Assembly: GCF_009914755.1 (NCBI RefSeq)
Contig: NC_060940.1
Strand: one strand, 5' to 3'
DNA from: the human T2T-CHM13v2.0 reference genome, Homo sapiens
DNA: 64,000 nt
Translations under genes and position numbers: made by a program
The notes under the pieces: generated by a model
What the model was told of the DNA's origin: nothing
The model's input: only the letters and a program-made list of their open reading frames with translations
Database searches by the model: none
Shown here: positions 16,951 through 33,899 of the stretch, one piece after another
How positions within the stretch are numbered: position 1 is the first letter of the stretch
Layout: each line of letters starts with the position of its first letter

Positions 16951-16974
16951 CAGGACTCACTACCCACCCTGTCT

Positions 16975-17345
16975 TTCTTTTATGCTTTTCTTTGCTGTAT
17001 CCATTTTTTGCATTTGGCTTTTTCTGAACTGTATTTATTATAATAACCTGGCAAGCATAGGTGAAATGTTTTGCCAAGTTCTGTGAGTAGTTTTATTAAT
17101 TATTAAACTTCATGAAAAGGGTTATGGGAGCTTATGATTTATAGATAGATGCTCAGAAGCATAGACGTGCCCATGTTCGTTGTGACAGGCATGTGCAGTG
17201 GGGATGGTGCTGTGGGACTGAGTCCTGAACTTGTGGAGTCTATGCCAACTCTGGGTGGTGTCAGAATTAAGATGTTAAACTCCCAGTTGGTGTTGATGAA
17301 TTGGTTGGTGTTCAACAAACTCCATGTATTTGGTGTTAGAACAAA
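16975..17345 (+). mobile_element. MER21-like LTR remnant
   Basis: 'gagtcctgaacttgtggagtctatgccaactctgggtggtgtcagaattaa...catgtatttggtgttagaa'. Confidence 0.6.
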
Positions 17346-18149
17346 GACATCACAGCAGCCTCGGCTGGAGGTATACTGTGGGTCTTTTGGGGAATAAAGA
17401 CTCTATTCTTTTACACACATGCTGTCACAGTGTGAATTGTCTTGTGACAATAGGTCCCATCTAGGGGTCAGAGGGAACTGAGGATTAAAAGGGATGGAGT
17501 TCTGAAGGAAGACTCCTCTCCTCACCCTGCTGCTATAAAGTGATTCCTGCACACTCACACACATACACACTAGGCAATGATGTAGATACACCCCTCCCAT
17601 GACAAGGCATCACCCTGAGAAACTGTGCTGACAGAACCTCTCCTTCTAGAGTTTTCCACTAATATGCTACATAAGTGCCCAGTGGACTCATGGCTTACTT
17701 CTATGCCCAGATCTTGCATCTGCACCGTGACCTATTTTCTCCAGTAGCCTAGGCTTCTCGACCCTCTGTCCATCTCATCTGCCTGCATACACACATTTAG
17801 AAATCAGAGTTACCCTGTGTGTGCCAGTGTCTATAGCACTAACCAGTCCTTTCACCAACTATGCACTGTTCCCTACTCATGGGTTTTTTTGTATCACTTT
17901 CTCTTAGTCTGCTTTTTTCTTCTCCACAAACCCTCTTTCACAAACCCATGTGCCTAAATACAAACCCTACTGGAAATAGAATGTCTAAGAGTTCAGGATA
18001 AAATTTTGCAACCAGTTTATTGTAAGCATAAACACAAAATAAAAATAAGAGATTTAATCTTTCAATTTGAAAATAAAAAAGAAAATTTTCTCATTTTTTA
18101 AATTATTTAATTTAGATAACTTTCATATGTAAATTATTATCTGCTTTTA

Positions 18150-19140
18150 TGTTTTTTGTTGTCTTTCAAGTTTTTATTGAATCTCTGTTCTTTTTTTATT
18201 ATTTTGTGTATTGTGTTAACATTGAGAGTAATTAGTTTTTTTCAAGGTTTTTGCAAATCAAAGTCATGCTGCTTATTTGAGATCTTTCTTTCTTCTTATT
18301 ATAGAAATATATCAGTGTTACCTTTTGTCTTAGAACTGCTTTTTTGCATCCCAGAAGTTGTTGTATGTTGTGTTTTTATTTCTACTTTTCTCAAGATACT
18401 TTGTGATTTCTTTTTTCTTTTCCCCTTTGACCATGTGTTTTTCAGAAATATGTTGTTTAATATCCACATATTTGTGAGTTTTTAAATTTTTTTCTCTTAT
18501 TGATCTCTAGTTTTAAAAAACTGTAATTTAAAAAGTTCATTAATTTTAATCTTTTTAAATTTTTAGAGATTTTCTTGTTGTTGTTGGCCCAACATACGAT
18601 ATATCCTGGATAATATTCCATGTGTGCTCAAGAAGAATGTGTATTCAAATACTGTTGAATGAAATATTCTGTTTATCACTGTTAGGTGCACTTGTTCTAT
18701 AGTGCTTTGCAAGTACATTGTTTTCTTACTACTTAAAACGTTTTAAGTAGAGTAATAGCATCTTCTATTACGATAATAATTATGTTTTTTTCTACAGTCA
18801 TATATAAAATACATTCTTATATAAATATTATATAGACATACTATTATTATATTATATACATATATACATATGTTTATATATTTATGTGCTCCAATGTTGG
18901 GTTCATATATAGTTATAGCCTTTTGACAGATCAGCTTGTTATCATTATATAGTCAACTTCTCTATATCTCCTGACAGATTTTTTTCTAGAAGTCTATTTT
19001 GTCTTATATAAATATAGCCACTAATATACTCTTTTAGTTATTATTGGCATAGTATTTTTTTATTATTTAACCAGCAACTTATGCATGCCCTTAAATCTAA
19101 AAAATTTCTTATGTAAAATATACTGGTAAATTTGTTAATC
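18150..19140 (-). mobile_element. Old L1M fragment (ORF2 5' region)
   Basis: 'tgttgtttaatatccacatatttgtgag' and 'gaagaatgtgtattc' antisense L1 motifs. Confidence 0.75.
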
Positions 19141-19325
19141 TCTTTAGACATTTGTGAATGTTTCAGTTCATTTTCTGCTTCAAAAACAGAATATCCTAGA
19201 GTGGGTAAACTATAAAGAATAGAAGTTTACTTAGCTCATTTCTTTAGAGGCTGAAAGTCCAAGAACATGCCATTGCCATCTGATGAGAATCATATTTCCA
19301 CGTCACAAAATGGTCAAAGGCATAA

Positions 19326-19718
<393 letters not shown>

Positions 19719-19738
19719 CTTTTGTTTTTTTGTTTTAG

Positions 19739-20065
19739 TTTTTTTTTTTTTTTTTTTTATTATACTTTAAGTTTTAGGGTACATGTGCACATTGTGCAGG
19801 TTAGTTACATATGTATACATGTGCCATGCTGGTGCGCTGCACCCACTAACTCGTCATCTAGCATTAGGTATATCTCCCAATGCTATCCCTCCCCCCTCCC
19901 CCCACCCCACCACAGTCCCCAGAGTGTGATATTCCCCTTCCTGTGTCCATGTGATCTCATTGTTCAATTCCCACCTATGAGTGAGAATATGCGGTGTTTG
20001 GTTTTTTGTTCTTGCGATAGTTTACTGAGAATAATGGTTTCCAATTTCATCCATGTCCCTACAAA
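19739..20065 (-). mobile_element. 5'-truncated young L1 (L1PA2-like) 3' end
   Basis: Near-consensus L1 3'UTR. The antisense reads GATGACGAGTTAG (GAG, not ACA/ACG) and AACTTAAAGTAT, so it is not L1Hs-Ta. Confidence 0.9.
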
Positions 20066-20374
20066 CTTTTGTTTTTGTTTTGGTTTTGTTTTTTGAGACG
20101 GAGTCTCACACTGTCGCCTACGCTGGAGTGCAGTGGCGACATCTCGGCTCACTGCAAGCTCCGCCTCCCGGGTTCATGCCATTCTCCTGCCTCAGCCTCC
20201 TGAGTAGCTGGGACTACAGGCACCCAACACCACGCCCGCTAATTTTTTATATTTTTAGTAGAGACAGGGTTTCACTGTGTTAGCCAGGATGGTCTCGATC
20301 TCCTGACCTCCTGATCCAACTGCCTCAGCCTCCCAAAGTGCTGGGATTACAGGCGTGAGCCACTGCACCCAGCC
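20066..20374 (-). mobile_element. AluY with a (TTTTG)n tail
   Basis: 'ctgcaagctccgcctcccgggttcatgccattctcc' AluY-type positions. Confidence 0.9.
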
Positions 20375-20913
20375 AGTAAATTCTTAAATGTCTATCTTCC
20401 TAATTTTGTAACAAAGGGAGTTAAATTTTAACATAAATTTTGGAGGGGACATTTATACCATAACAGCGTGTTTTTATTAGATAATTAGACTTTTATATTT
20501 AAAAAATTATTGATAGGCAAGTACTTATTACTGCCAATTTGTTAATTGCTGTCTGATCATTTAGTAGATTTTATGCTGTCTTCCTTTGTGCTTTTGCTAA
20601 TTTTTTTTTTTGCTTTTACTGTTGTTATATGCTTTGATCCTTTTTCTTTTTTATATCTATTGTAATTTTTTTCTTGTAATTACCGAGGCTTACATAAAAC
20701 ACTGCATAATTATAAGAGTCTTGCTTAAGATAATAACAATTTATCTTCTATGTATAAAAAGACTCATCAATTTTACCTTTTTCAACACACACTTTATGTC
20801 ACACTTTAAAGTACATTGTCCTAGAACCTTCCTCCATAAACTTTTCAACATTCTCTCTTGAAGCTTCTGTATGGGCTCAGAGTAAAGCTGCAAATGACCA
20901 CAACACTCCCTTA

Positions 20914-21381
<468 letters not shown>

Positions 21382-21584
21382 TCACTTTCCATCTACCAGG
21401 ACCCAACACATATCACGTTCTTCAGGGAAACTTACTCACCCCACCTATTCCGTCCCCTTCTATATTTTCCTGTGGCACCTGCTTCTAACTTTTCTTTTCA
21501 CCATTTATACTTGAACTCAGATACAATATACAACCCCATTCATATCCTAGAGTTTGTCTTGATGCCAGACAGAAACACAAAATC

Positions 21585-21870
21585 AGCCCAGGTGTGGTGG
21601 TTCACACCTGTAATCCCAGCACTCTGGGAGAATTGCATGAGCCCAGTAGTTCAAGACAAGCCTGGGCAACATGTTGAGACTCCATCTCTATAAAAATTTT
21701 AAAAATTAACTGGGCATGGTGTTGCAGGCCTGTGGTTCCAGCTACTCAAAAAGCTAAAGTGGGAGGGTCACTTGAGCCTAGGAGTTCTAGGTTTCAGTGA
21801 GCTGTGGTCAAACAGCTGCACTCCAGCCTGTGTGACAGTGAGACCCTGCCTTAAAAAAAAGCAACAACAA
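21585..21870 (+). mobile_element. AluJ
   Basis: Diverged dimeric Alu with 'cacttgagcctaggag'. Confidence 0.85.
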
Positions 21871-24720
21871 AATTATATAAAGATATAGCTTTCTAAGAAT
21901 GGTATGTACATATACAAATATATAATTCTGTAGCATCATAATAATGGTGCATAAAGCATTCTATTTCTTTTATAGAATCTGAAAGACTAGAGCATAAAAA
22001 CAATCATAAACCTTTGTTAATGGATATGTTATATAAAATATAAAAACAGAAATATATAATGTAATTTAAGTTTGAAGAGAGATGCAAAGAGAGAAAATTT
22101 TGTATGCAATGAAAGTTAATTTGTTACCAGCTGAAAATATATTGTAACTTCAAGATGTTTTATTTAATCATCCTGATAACCACGAAAAATACCTGTAGAG
22201 ATACAGCAAAGAAAATGAGAAAGGAACCACAGCATATTGCCACAAAAGAAAAGAATCAATGAGACACAAGAAAAGCAGAAAGAGAGAAAACTAGGAAAAA
22301 ATAGCTATAAACAAGAAACACAAGTAACAATATAACTGATACGCTTTAGCTCCATGCTTCCACCCAAATTTCAAGTCACGTTGTAATCCCCAGGTGTCAA
22401 GGGAGGAAACTGATAAACCATGGGGGTTGATTTCCCCATGCTGTTCTCATGATAGTGGGTGACTACTTAGAGCTGATGATTGAAATGTGTGGCACTTACC
22501 CTTTCTCTCTCTCTCTCTCCTGCTCCACCATTGTGAAGACATGCTTGTTTTCCCTTTGCCTTCTGCCATAATTGTAAGTTTCCTGAGCCCTCCTAGTCAT
22601 GCTTCCTGTTAAGCCTGTATAACTGTCAGTCAATTAAACTTATTTTCTTTATAAATTATTCAGATTCATATAGTTTTTATAACAGTGTTATAAAAAGACT
22701 AGTACAATAGCCATAGTAAGTCCACCTGTTACTAAAATTTAAAAAACATACATGATGTTCATCATCACTAGAACATCCATACAAGAAATGCTAAAAGGAG
22801 ACTTTCATGTTGAAAAATAAAACAATGCTAGACAGCTAATTATAAAGCCATATAAAAATATAGAACTCTCTGTTAAAGGTAAGTATACAAAAAAATAGAG
22901 AATTTTCTATTATCATAATGATGGTGCATAAAATACACATAATTCTGCTATAAAATTGTAAAAACATTAAAAATTTGCATATGCTTGTTAAATACACAAT
23001 ATAAAAATCTATGTTGTAAAAATAATAAGATAAAATTTTGTTGTATTAACTTGATAAGGTAAAGAAAAGATGTAAAGAGGTATCTTTTTGTGCACAAAGT
23101 TAAGTTGTTATGAGATAAAATATATGGATATAATTTTAAAGTGTTTTATATACTCTCTATTCCTCCTGGTGATCACAAAAAAAAAAAAAACTATGAAAGG
23201 TACACAAAAGAAAATAAAAAATAAATCAAAATATGTCCTTACAAAATCAACAATGACCAAAAAAGGCAGTAAGAGGGGAAAGGAGAAAAAAACGTAACTA
23301 AAAGAAACAGAAAATAATTGAATGGAAATGGAAATTCTATTTTATTCAGTAATTACTTTAAAGATAAGTCAATTAAACTTTCTATACAAAAGGCATAAAA
23401 TGCATAAATGGATTCACAATAAACAATATCCAAAAATATGGTGTTTTTAAGAGACTCACTTTAGGTCTAAAGAACTAAATAGGCTGAAAGAAATAGGATG
23501 AAAAAGGACAATCCACATGAATAGTACCAAAATAGGACAGGGTCACCATACTTATTTTAACCCAAATACTCCTTAGATTAAAACTGTCAGAAGAGACAAG
23601 GGATAATATTATGTAATGATAAAAGCACCTATTTGCCAGGAATCTCCAGCATGTATAAATATAAATAGGCACATAATATAAGGGTTCCCAAATATGTAAA
23701 TATTGACAGAAACAAAGCAAGAAGTATACATCGACACAATAATTGTGGGAGGCTTTAATACTCCACTTTTAGTAGTAAATAGAAAAAACAGATAAAAGAT
23801 CAATACAAAAGAAAACCTGAACAACATTAAAGACCAGTTAGACCTAGTAGACATATATAGAGCTTTTCAGTCAACCATAGCAGAATAAGCAATATTCCCA
23901 ATCACATAACACACACTTAAGGAAAGACAATACATTAGGACACAAAACAAGTCTTATTAAATCTAAAAAGACTGAGACTATATTCCTTCTGGCCACAACA
24001 AAATGAAACTAGTAACTACAAGCAGAAGGAAAACTGTCATATCCCAAAATATGCAGAACTTAAGCAATACACCCTTGAACCCACTCTTGTTCAAGAGTCA
24101 GACGGCTTCATATTGTTAAAATGTTAATACTGCCCACAATGACATACAAGTTCAATGTAATCCTTAGGAAAATCACAATGGTATGTTTTTGCTGAAACAT
24201 AAAAAATATCTAAAATGTATATGAAATCTCAAGCCACCATGAATAGCCACCATAGCTTTAGAAAAGAAGTATAAAGTTAAAGGCATCATATTTTCTGATT
24301 TCAAAACATATCAGAGTTACAGAAATAAAAACAGTAAGGTACTAGTATAAAGAGAAAGAGGTAATGAAACAGAACAGAAAACCCCAAAATAAACCCTTGT
24401 GAATATAATCAGATGACCTGCGCATGGGTTGATATGACCACACAATGGAGAAAGAATAGTCTTTTCAGCAAATGATGTTGGAAAACTGACAATCAACCAA
24501 ATGAAAAATAACAATGTAGGATGCTTCTCTTGCACCGTATATAAAAACTATCTTAAATATTTCAATGTAAAAACTATAACTATAAAATTTTTTGAATAAA
24601 ATATTCCAAATATGTCTTACACGGTGAGAGAATTATTACTTTGATCTTGACAATACTTTCTTGGATATGACATAAAAAGCATAAGCAACAACAACAAAAA
24701 AGTAAAATGAGACTGCATAA
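21870..24720 (+). mobile_element. Old L1M fragments (ORF1 end to ORF2, internally deleted)
   Basis: A-rich L1 text with endonuclease-region motifs 'aagagactcactttag' and 'aattgtgggaggctttaatactccact'. Confidence 0.75.
22338..22706 (+). mobile_element. MST-type MaLR LTR nested in L1
   Basis: 'ttgtaatcccca', 'ccccatgctgttctcatgatagtg' and 'attgtaagtttcctgag'; ends 'gactagtaca'. Confidence 0.8.
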
Positions 24721-24753
24721 ATCTATATATTAAACATCAATAAAATACATTTT

Positions 24754-24990
24754 CAGTAAGTGTCCACTTAATGTCATCAATAGGATCTTGAAAAATAACA
24801 TTTTTTAAATTATAATTTTAAGTTCAGGTGTAAAAGTGTAGATTTGTTACGTAGGTAAACTTGTGTCATGGGGGGTTTGTTGTACAGATGGAAAATGACT
24901 AAGTGAAACATTGTACTGTATGCCATATAAACTTAATGCTTGTTTATATCAAGCACTTATAATAAAAATTATAATATTAAGCACTAGTAT
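24754..24990. mobile_element. MER6-family Tigger-type MITE remnant interrupted by a short L1 3' end
   Basis: TIR-like 'cagtaagtgtccacttaatgtcatcaatagg'; homologous to 58110-58306. Confidence 0.55.
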
Positions 24991-25036
24991 ATTATATATT
25001 TGTATGTGTAAAATTATACATATAAATACACACACA

Positions 25037-25391
25037 CAGTTGTCCCTTATATGGTTGTCCTTATGGATAAACAGGTATCCATAGGGGATTGGTTCCAGGG
25101 CCATCTTGGGATACCAGAATCCTAGATGCTTAAGTCTCTTATATAAAAAGAAAGATTATTTTAATATAACCTATGCACAATCTCTTGCATATTACTTGAT
25201 TCATCTCTACATTACTTATTATATTTAATGAAACATAAATGCTATTTAAATAGTTTTGTATTGCTGAGGGAATAATGACAATAATGTCTGCACATGTTCA
25301 GTACAAAAGTAAACATTGTATGCTTAACTACATTTTATTCAAGGTTGGTTTGAATTCACAGATGTGGTATTCATGAATATACAGGGCCAAA

Positions 25392-25392
<1 letters not shown>
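25037..25392 (+). mobile_element. MER2 DNA transposon
   Basis: 'ggtatccataggggattggttccagg...gatgcttaagtctcttatataaaa...gaatatacagggccaa'. Confidence 0.7.

Positions 25393-25393
<1 letters not shown>

Positions 25394-25432
<39 letters not shown>
25394..25432. repeat. (TG)n microsatellite
   Basis: Direct perfect dinucleotide run. Confidence 0.98.
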
Positions 25433-25436
<4 letters not shown>

Positions 25437-25955
25437 TAGAAAAATAAATTCAGCCCCCTGTACCTATCAATTACTTAATAAAACTTTACTCCTACATTTG
25501 AAGCTGTCTGTATTGTCTACACAGTCTTTCCCAAATATAACTCTTTGCCTCTCTACCACAGAAAATAATCATTCATCCTCAGTTTTGAGAAAGTATAATT
25601 CCTTTGACTTTTATTATTAATTATACTACATATGTAGGTGTCTCTAAATAATACATTATTCAACTTTCTAAATTTTAAAACTTTCTGTAAAGATGCATAC
25701 TCTATAGACTTCTATAATGCTCTTTCCTTATTCCTTATTCCTTATTGTAATTTTAAAAGCCTTTCATGTTTTAGTTTCTTATTCAAATATATGTATTGTT
25801 TATAAATTAGCCTCTTGAAGATACTGAAATCTACCTCAAAGAGAATTCTTGAGAGATAATGAATACAAAGTTCTTATAGCAGTGCTTGATTCATTGTAGT
25901 TGTTCAATAGTGCATATATAATAGTATATATAATGTTATAAAATTAATATATGTA

Positions 25956-26595
25956 GTATTGTGTTCTGGGCAACCAAATATGTTACTTTTCAGAAAACTA
26001 TCACGGCAGCTGAATTTGTGCAAATGCGTTCGGGAACACTTTATCACCCAAATATAGCCATTGGGGAACCGGTGGGCTAAAATGGGGGCAACATTTTCTA
26101 GACTCCAATTTTCCAACTGGTAACTCGCAGGATGACAAGTCATAATTTCATGGTAATTTTGCACATCCCCAGGGGAGAGAGAGGTGGCGGCGGCTGCGGT
26201 TCCACCTTTGCACGCTCCCCGAAGGTGTCCCGCCGCTCCAGTCCCTCCCCGGCAGCCGCTAGCAGGAGCAACTCGGCGCTGCGCTGCGGGTGGGCTCAGG
26301 CCAAGGAGGACACGTCAGCCTCCGCAGGCGGTGCCTGGCGGTGTCACGCACCGCAGCTGCGCTGGGTTCATGGTTCTGTCCTGAGAGCACCACGAAGCGT
26401 TTTGGATTCCAAGTTGCGGCAGTAGGAGCAGCAGCCGCCACGACCGCAAAAAAAAACCCGAGCTATTGGGAGGCGGAGGGTGGGTGATCCTGAAGCAGGG
26501 TCTGCAGCAGGATACCCCCTGTCGGGTACTCGGCCAGACCGGAAGTCTGGGCGCAGGGGTCGTCTACGCCAGAGAGCGGCGTCAGCCCGCAGCGC
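25956..26595 (-). pseudogene. C2orf69P: Processed, 3'-truncated C2orf69 pseudogene with retained CpG-rich 5' end
   Basis: The minus strand encodes GDVQNYHEIMTCHP...WSLENVAPILAHRFPNGYIWVIKCSR.HLHKFSC...PEHNT, matching C2orf69. The exon junction is fused, the N-terminus is frameshifted and homology stops at EHNT. Confidence 0.92.
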
Positions 26596-26596
26596 A

Positions 26597-27300
26597 AGAT
26601 TTCATTATTTCTGTGGTTAAATCCTATTCCATTGTGTATGTACACCACATTGGCTTTATCTATTTATCCCTTGATGGACACTAAGATCGATTCCATATCT
26701 GGGCTACTGTCAATAGAGCCATGATAAACATGGGAGTGCAGTATCTCTTCAATATACTGATTTTATTTCCTTTTAATATATACTCAATAGTGGAATTGCT
26801 GGATTAGATCGTAGTTTCATTTTTAGGTTTTTCATTTTTGTTTTGTTTTGTTTCTGTTTTTGTTTTGAGAAACCTGCATAGTTTTTCATGAAGTTTCTAA
26901 TAAAAAATACATCTAAAAATGTACTAAATTTACATTCATGCCAACTGTGTATAAGTGTTCCTTTTTCTCCACATCCTCATCTAAACTTGTTATCTTTTGT
27001 CTTCTTGACAATGGCCATTCTAAATGGAATGAGGTACTATCTTATGTGGTTTTGGATTGCATTTTTCAGATAATAAGTGATGCTGAGCATTTCCTTGTGT
27101 CTTCTTTGGAAAAATGTCTATTCATGTCTTATGCTCACTCTTTAGTTGGGTTCTTTTTATTTTTATTGCTGTTGAGTCTCTTATATATTTTGGATATTAA
27201 CTCCTTGTCAGATGCACATATTTTCTATTATTTTATAGGTTGTCTTATCACTCTGTTAATAGATTGTACGCTGCCCAGAAGCTTTTATTTTAATATTTTA
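26597..27300 (-). mobile_element. L1MA-type fragment
   Basis: Antisense L1 ORF2 end and 3'UTR. Confidence 0.8.
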
Positions 27301-27439
27301 TTGATATTAATTTTTCTGTTTTCTGACTTGATACAAAGGTAAGAGTTTACCATCAGCTTCACAAGTTATCTGTCTTCTATCTCACTGCTTTTAAGAGTTT
27401 TTCTTCTTTTCAGTGTCATGCACTTTGATCATTCTTCTT

Positions 27440-27947
27440 TTTTCAAGATGTATTTTATTTATAATTGACACATAATCATTGTACATATTTATGGAGTACA
27501 GTGTGATGTTTCAATGTATGTATATTCTGTATAATGACCCAATCAGGGTAATTTGCATAACTAGCACTTTAAACATTTATTATTTATTTGTGCTAATAAA
27601 ATTCAAAATCCTCTCTTCTAGCTGTTAGAATAAACAGTACTTTATTATTAGCTGTAGTCCCTGTGTAACAGAACATCAGACTTTATTCTCCCTATCTAAC
27701 TGTAACTTTGTAACTTTGACAAACCCCTCACCATTCCTTCATCCCTTCACTCTCCCTAGCATCTGGTAACCACCATTCTACTCTCTCCTTCTATGAGATC
27801 AACTCTTTTAGATTTCACATATGGGTGACATCATGTGCTCTTTTTCTTTCTCTGACTGGCTTATTTCACTTAACGTAATGTCCTCTGGGTTCATCCACGT
27901 TGATATAAATGACAGAATTTCATTCTGTTTTATTACTGAACATTATT

Positions 27948-27982
<35 letters not shown>

Positions 27983-28215
27983 CATTTCCTTCATTCATCT
28001 GTAAGTGGGCACTTATACACTATTGGTGAGAATGTAAATTGGTACAACCATTAGGGAAAACATCATGGAGGTTTTTCAAGAATTTATAAATAGAACTACC
28101 ATGTATAAGATCCAGCAATCTCACCACTTGGTATATATCAAACGGAAATAAAATCAGTATGTCCAAAAGATAATTGCACTCCCATGTTTATTGAAGCAGT
28201 ATTCACAATAACCAA
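27440..28215 (-). mobile_element. L1MA 3' end (minus) joined to an inverted plus-strand L1 segment (~28013-28215); contains (TG)n at 27950-27980
   Basis: Orientation switches from 'ttcattcatctgtaagtgggcactt' to 'tattggtgagaatgtaaattggtac'. Confidence 0.65.
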
Positions 28216-28229
28216 AACCATTATTTCTT

Positions 28230-31620
<3,391 letters not shown>

Positions 31621-32009
31621 TGAGGAGGGCTGCACGGGGGCCATAATGGACAGTTGGGGAGCCAAGAGGCCACGGGAATGCAGGCATGGAAAGGCAGCTT
31701 CGCCAAGATGGCTGCTGTGGCTCCCACCAGGATGCCCTGACACATTTGCCTGGAGCCAAACGGGGCTGTGGGCAACAAGCAAGGGGGCAGCTGATGGCCC
31801 TCCCCGATCTGCAAGGTCTGGAAACCGGAAAACTCCTGGGAACTATTACATCTTCCTCAGCTATAGTAACAGCAGGAGGAGCGTAGGAGAAGTCAAGGGG
31901 CCAGAAGCACTCGGGCCCTTCCTGGCTTGAGTCAGAAACAGTGGCCAAGAGAGTTTTAAATAAAGTTTACATGTGGCTAGATAGGACCTGCTGATTAATC
32001 TTAAAATTT

Positions 32010-33770
32010 TTCCACATTTATTGAGCTATGATTTACACATTGAAAAGTGTATGCATTTAGGGTGTAAAATAGAGTGCTTTAAGATGTGTGTATCTTCCCA
32101 CTTTTCCCCACTTCCTAGCCCATGGTAACTACCATTCTACTCTCTCTTTCTTTCTTTTTCTTTCTTTCTTTCTTCTTTCTCTTTCTTTCTCTCTCTCTCT
32201 GATTCCACAAACGAAATCATGCAGTATTTGTGTTTCTTGTATTTCACTTATCTCACTTAGCATAATGTCTTCAAGGTTTATCAATATTGTTGTAAATGAA
32301 ATTTTCATTATTACAGCTGAAATTACCTCTCTTACACAGTTTATCCATTTATTTGTATCAGAAGAGTACAGATACCCTTGGCGATACTATTTTTATGTCC
32401 TTTGATTACATACTCCAAATTGGGATTAATGGTGCTTCTAATTTAAAATTTTTAAGGAATCTCTATAATTTTTTTAACAATGGCTGCACCAATGGACATG
32501 CTCAGCAACAGTGTACAAATATTTTCTTTTCTTTGCACTCTAACACTTTTTATCTTTTGACTTTTTTATAATAGCTATCCTAACACCACGATAAGGTGAT
32601 ATCTCATTGTGATTTTGAGTTTAATTACTCTGATAATTAGTGATGTTGAGAATGCTTTTATATATCTGCTGTCCATTTTTAAGTCTTTGGAAAAATAGCT
32701 ATTTAGATATTTTGCCCAATCGATAATAAAATTGGTTTTTGTTTTTTTCTGCTGTGGGTTTTTTTATATTGATTAGTGTGACATATAATTTGGATAGTAT
32801 CATATTATCCCACATATGGATTACAAATATTCTTTCCCATCCAACATACTATCTCTATATTTTGATTGTTTTATTTATTGTGCAGAAACTTTTTACTTTG
32901 ATATAGTTCCACTTTTTTATTTTTGCTTTAGTTTCTTGTGTTCTTTGTGTCGAATCCAAAACATCATTGCCATGACCAATGACAAGGAGCTTTATCCTTA
33001 TTCTTTATAGAAAATTCATGATTTCAGTTCTTACGTATAAATCCTTAATTTATTTTAATTTTTTGGGATAAGAGCTCACTTTTTCTGTGTGCATATCTAG
33101 TTTTTTGTACACCATTTCTTGATGTCATTTTCTATTTCTAATTCTGTGATAACAGTTGACTGTATATGCGTGAGTCTATTTCTCGCTCCTCCATTTTGTT
33201 CCATTGGTTTTTATGTAGGTACCATGCTATTTTGATGACTATAGCTTCGTAATATAGTTTGAAATCAGGAAATTTTAGGCTTTCAGCCTGTTTGTTCTTC
33301 TCAGTATTTGGCTATTTGGATTCTTTTGTGGCTCCATACTAATTTTACAATTGTTTGTTCTACATTTACTTTAATAGCATTAAAATTTTGATAGAAATTT
33401 AACCCTAGAACTGAAAGTATAATAATAAAAAAAGAAATTTATTTAACTGTGTAGATAACTATGTGTAGTATAGATATTTTAACAATATTAATTTTTAGAA
33501 TCCATGAACACAGGATATAGTTCCTATTTTGTATTCTTCGTTTTCTTTTACCAACATTTTATAGTTTTCAGTATGCAGATCTTTAACATTCTTGGTTAAA
33601 CTCATTCTATTTAATGAATTATTTCATTCTATTTGATAATACTGTAAGTGGAATTGTTTTGTTTATTCCTTTTTCTGAATATTTTGCTGTTACTGTATCA
33701 AAATGCAACTGATTTTCATGTTAATATTGTATCCTGCAACTTTACTAGTTTGTTAGCTATAACAGGGTTT
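32010..33770 (-). mobile_element. Old L1M (3'UTR and ORF2 end)
   Basis: Antisense L1 motifs throughout. Confidence 0.8.
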
Positions 33771-33899
33771 TATTTTTAACCCTGGTTAACACTTTAAATT
33801 GATAGTTGCTATTATCATAATTCTTTAAAATATGACCAGATGAATTACTGCTGTCATGAATTCAATGGAATTCACGTTTCCATTTAAAATAATTGTATC

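Noticed and set aside
16330-18050. KRAB zinc-finger gene, suggested by the satellite and LTR context
   Set aside because: No KRAB exon or C2H2 array was found anywhere in the window; the resemblance is contextual only.
19739-20065. Active L1Hs-Ta insertion
   Set aside because: Diagnostic positions read GAG and A rather than ACA and G, and it is only ~320 bp long.
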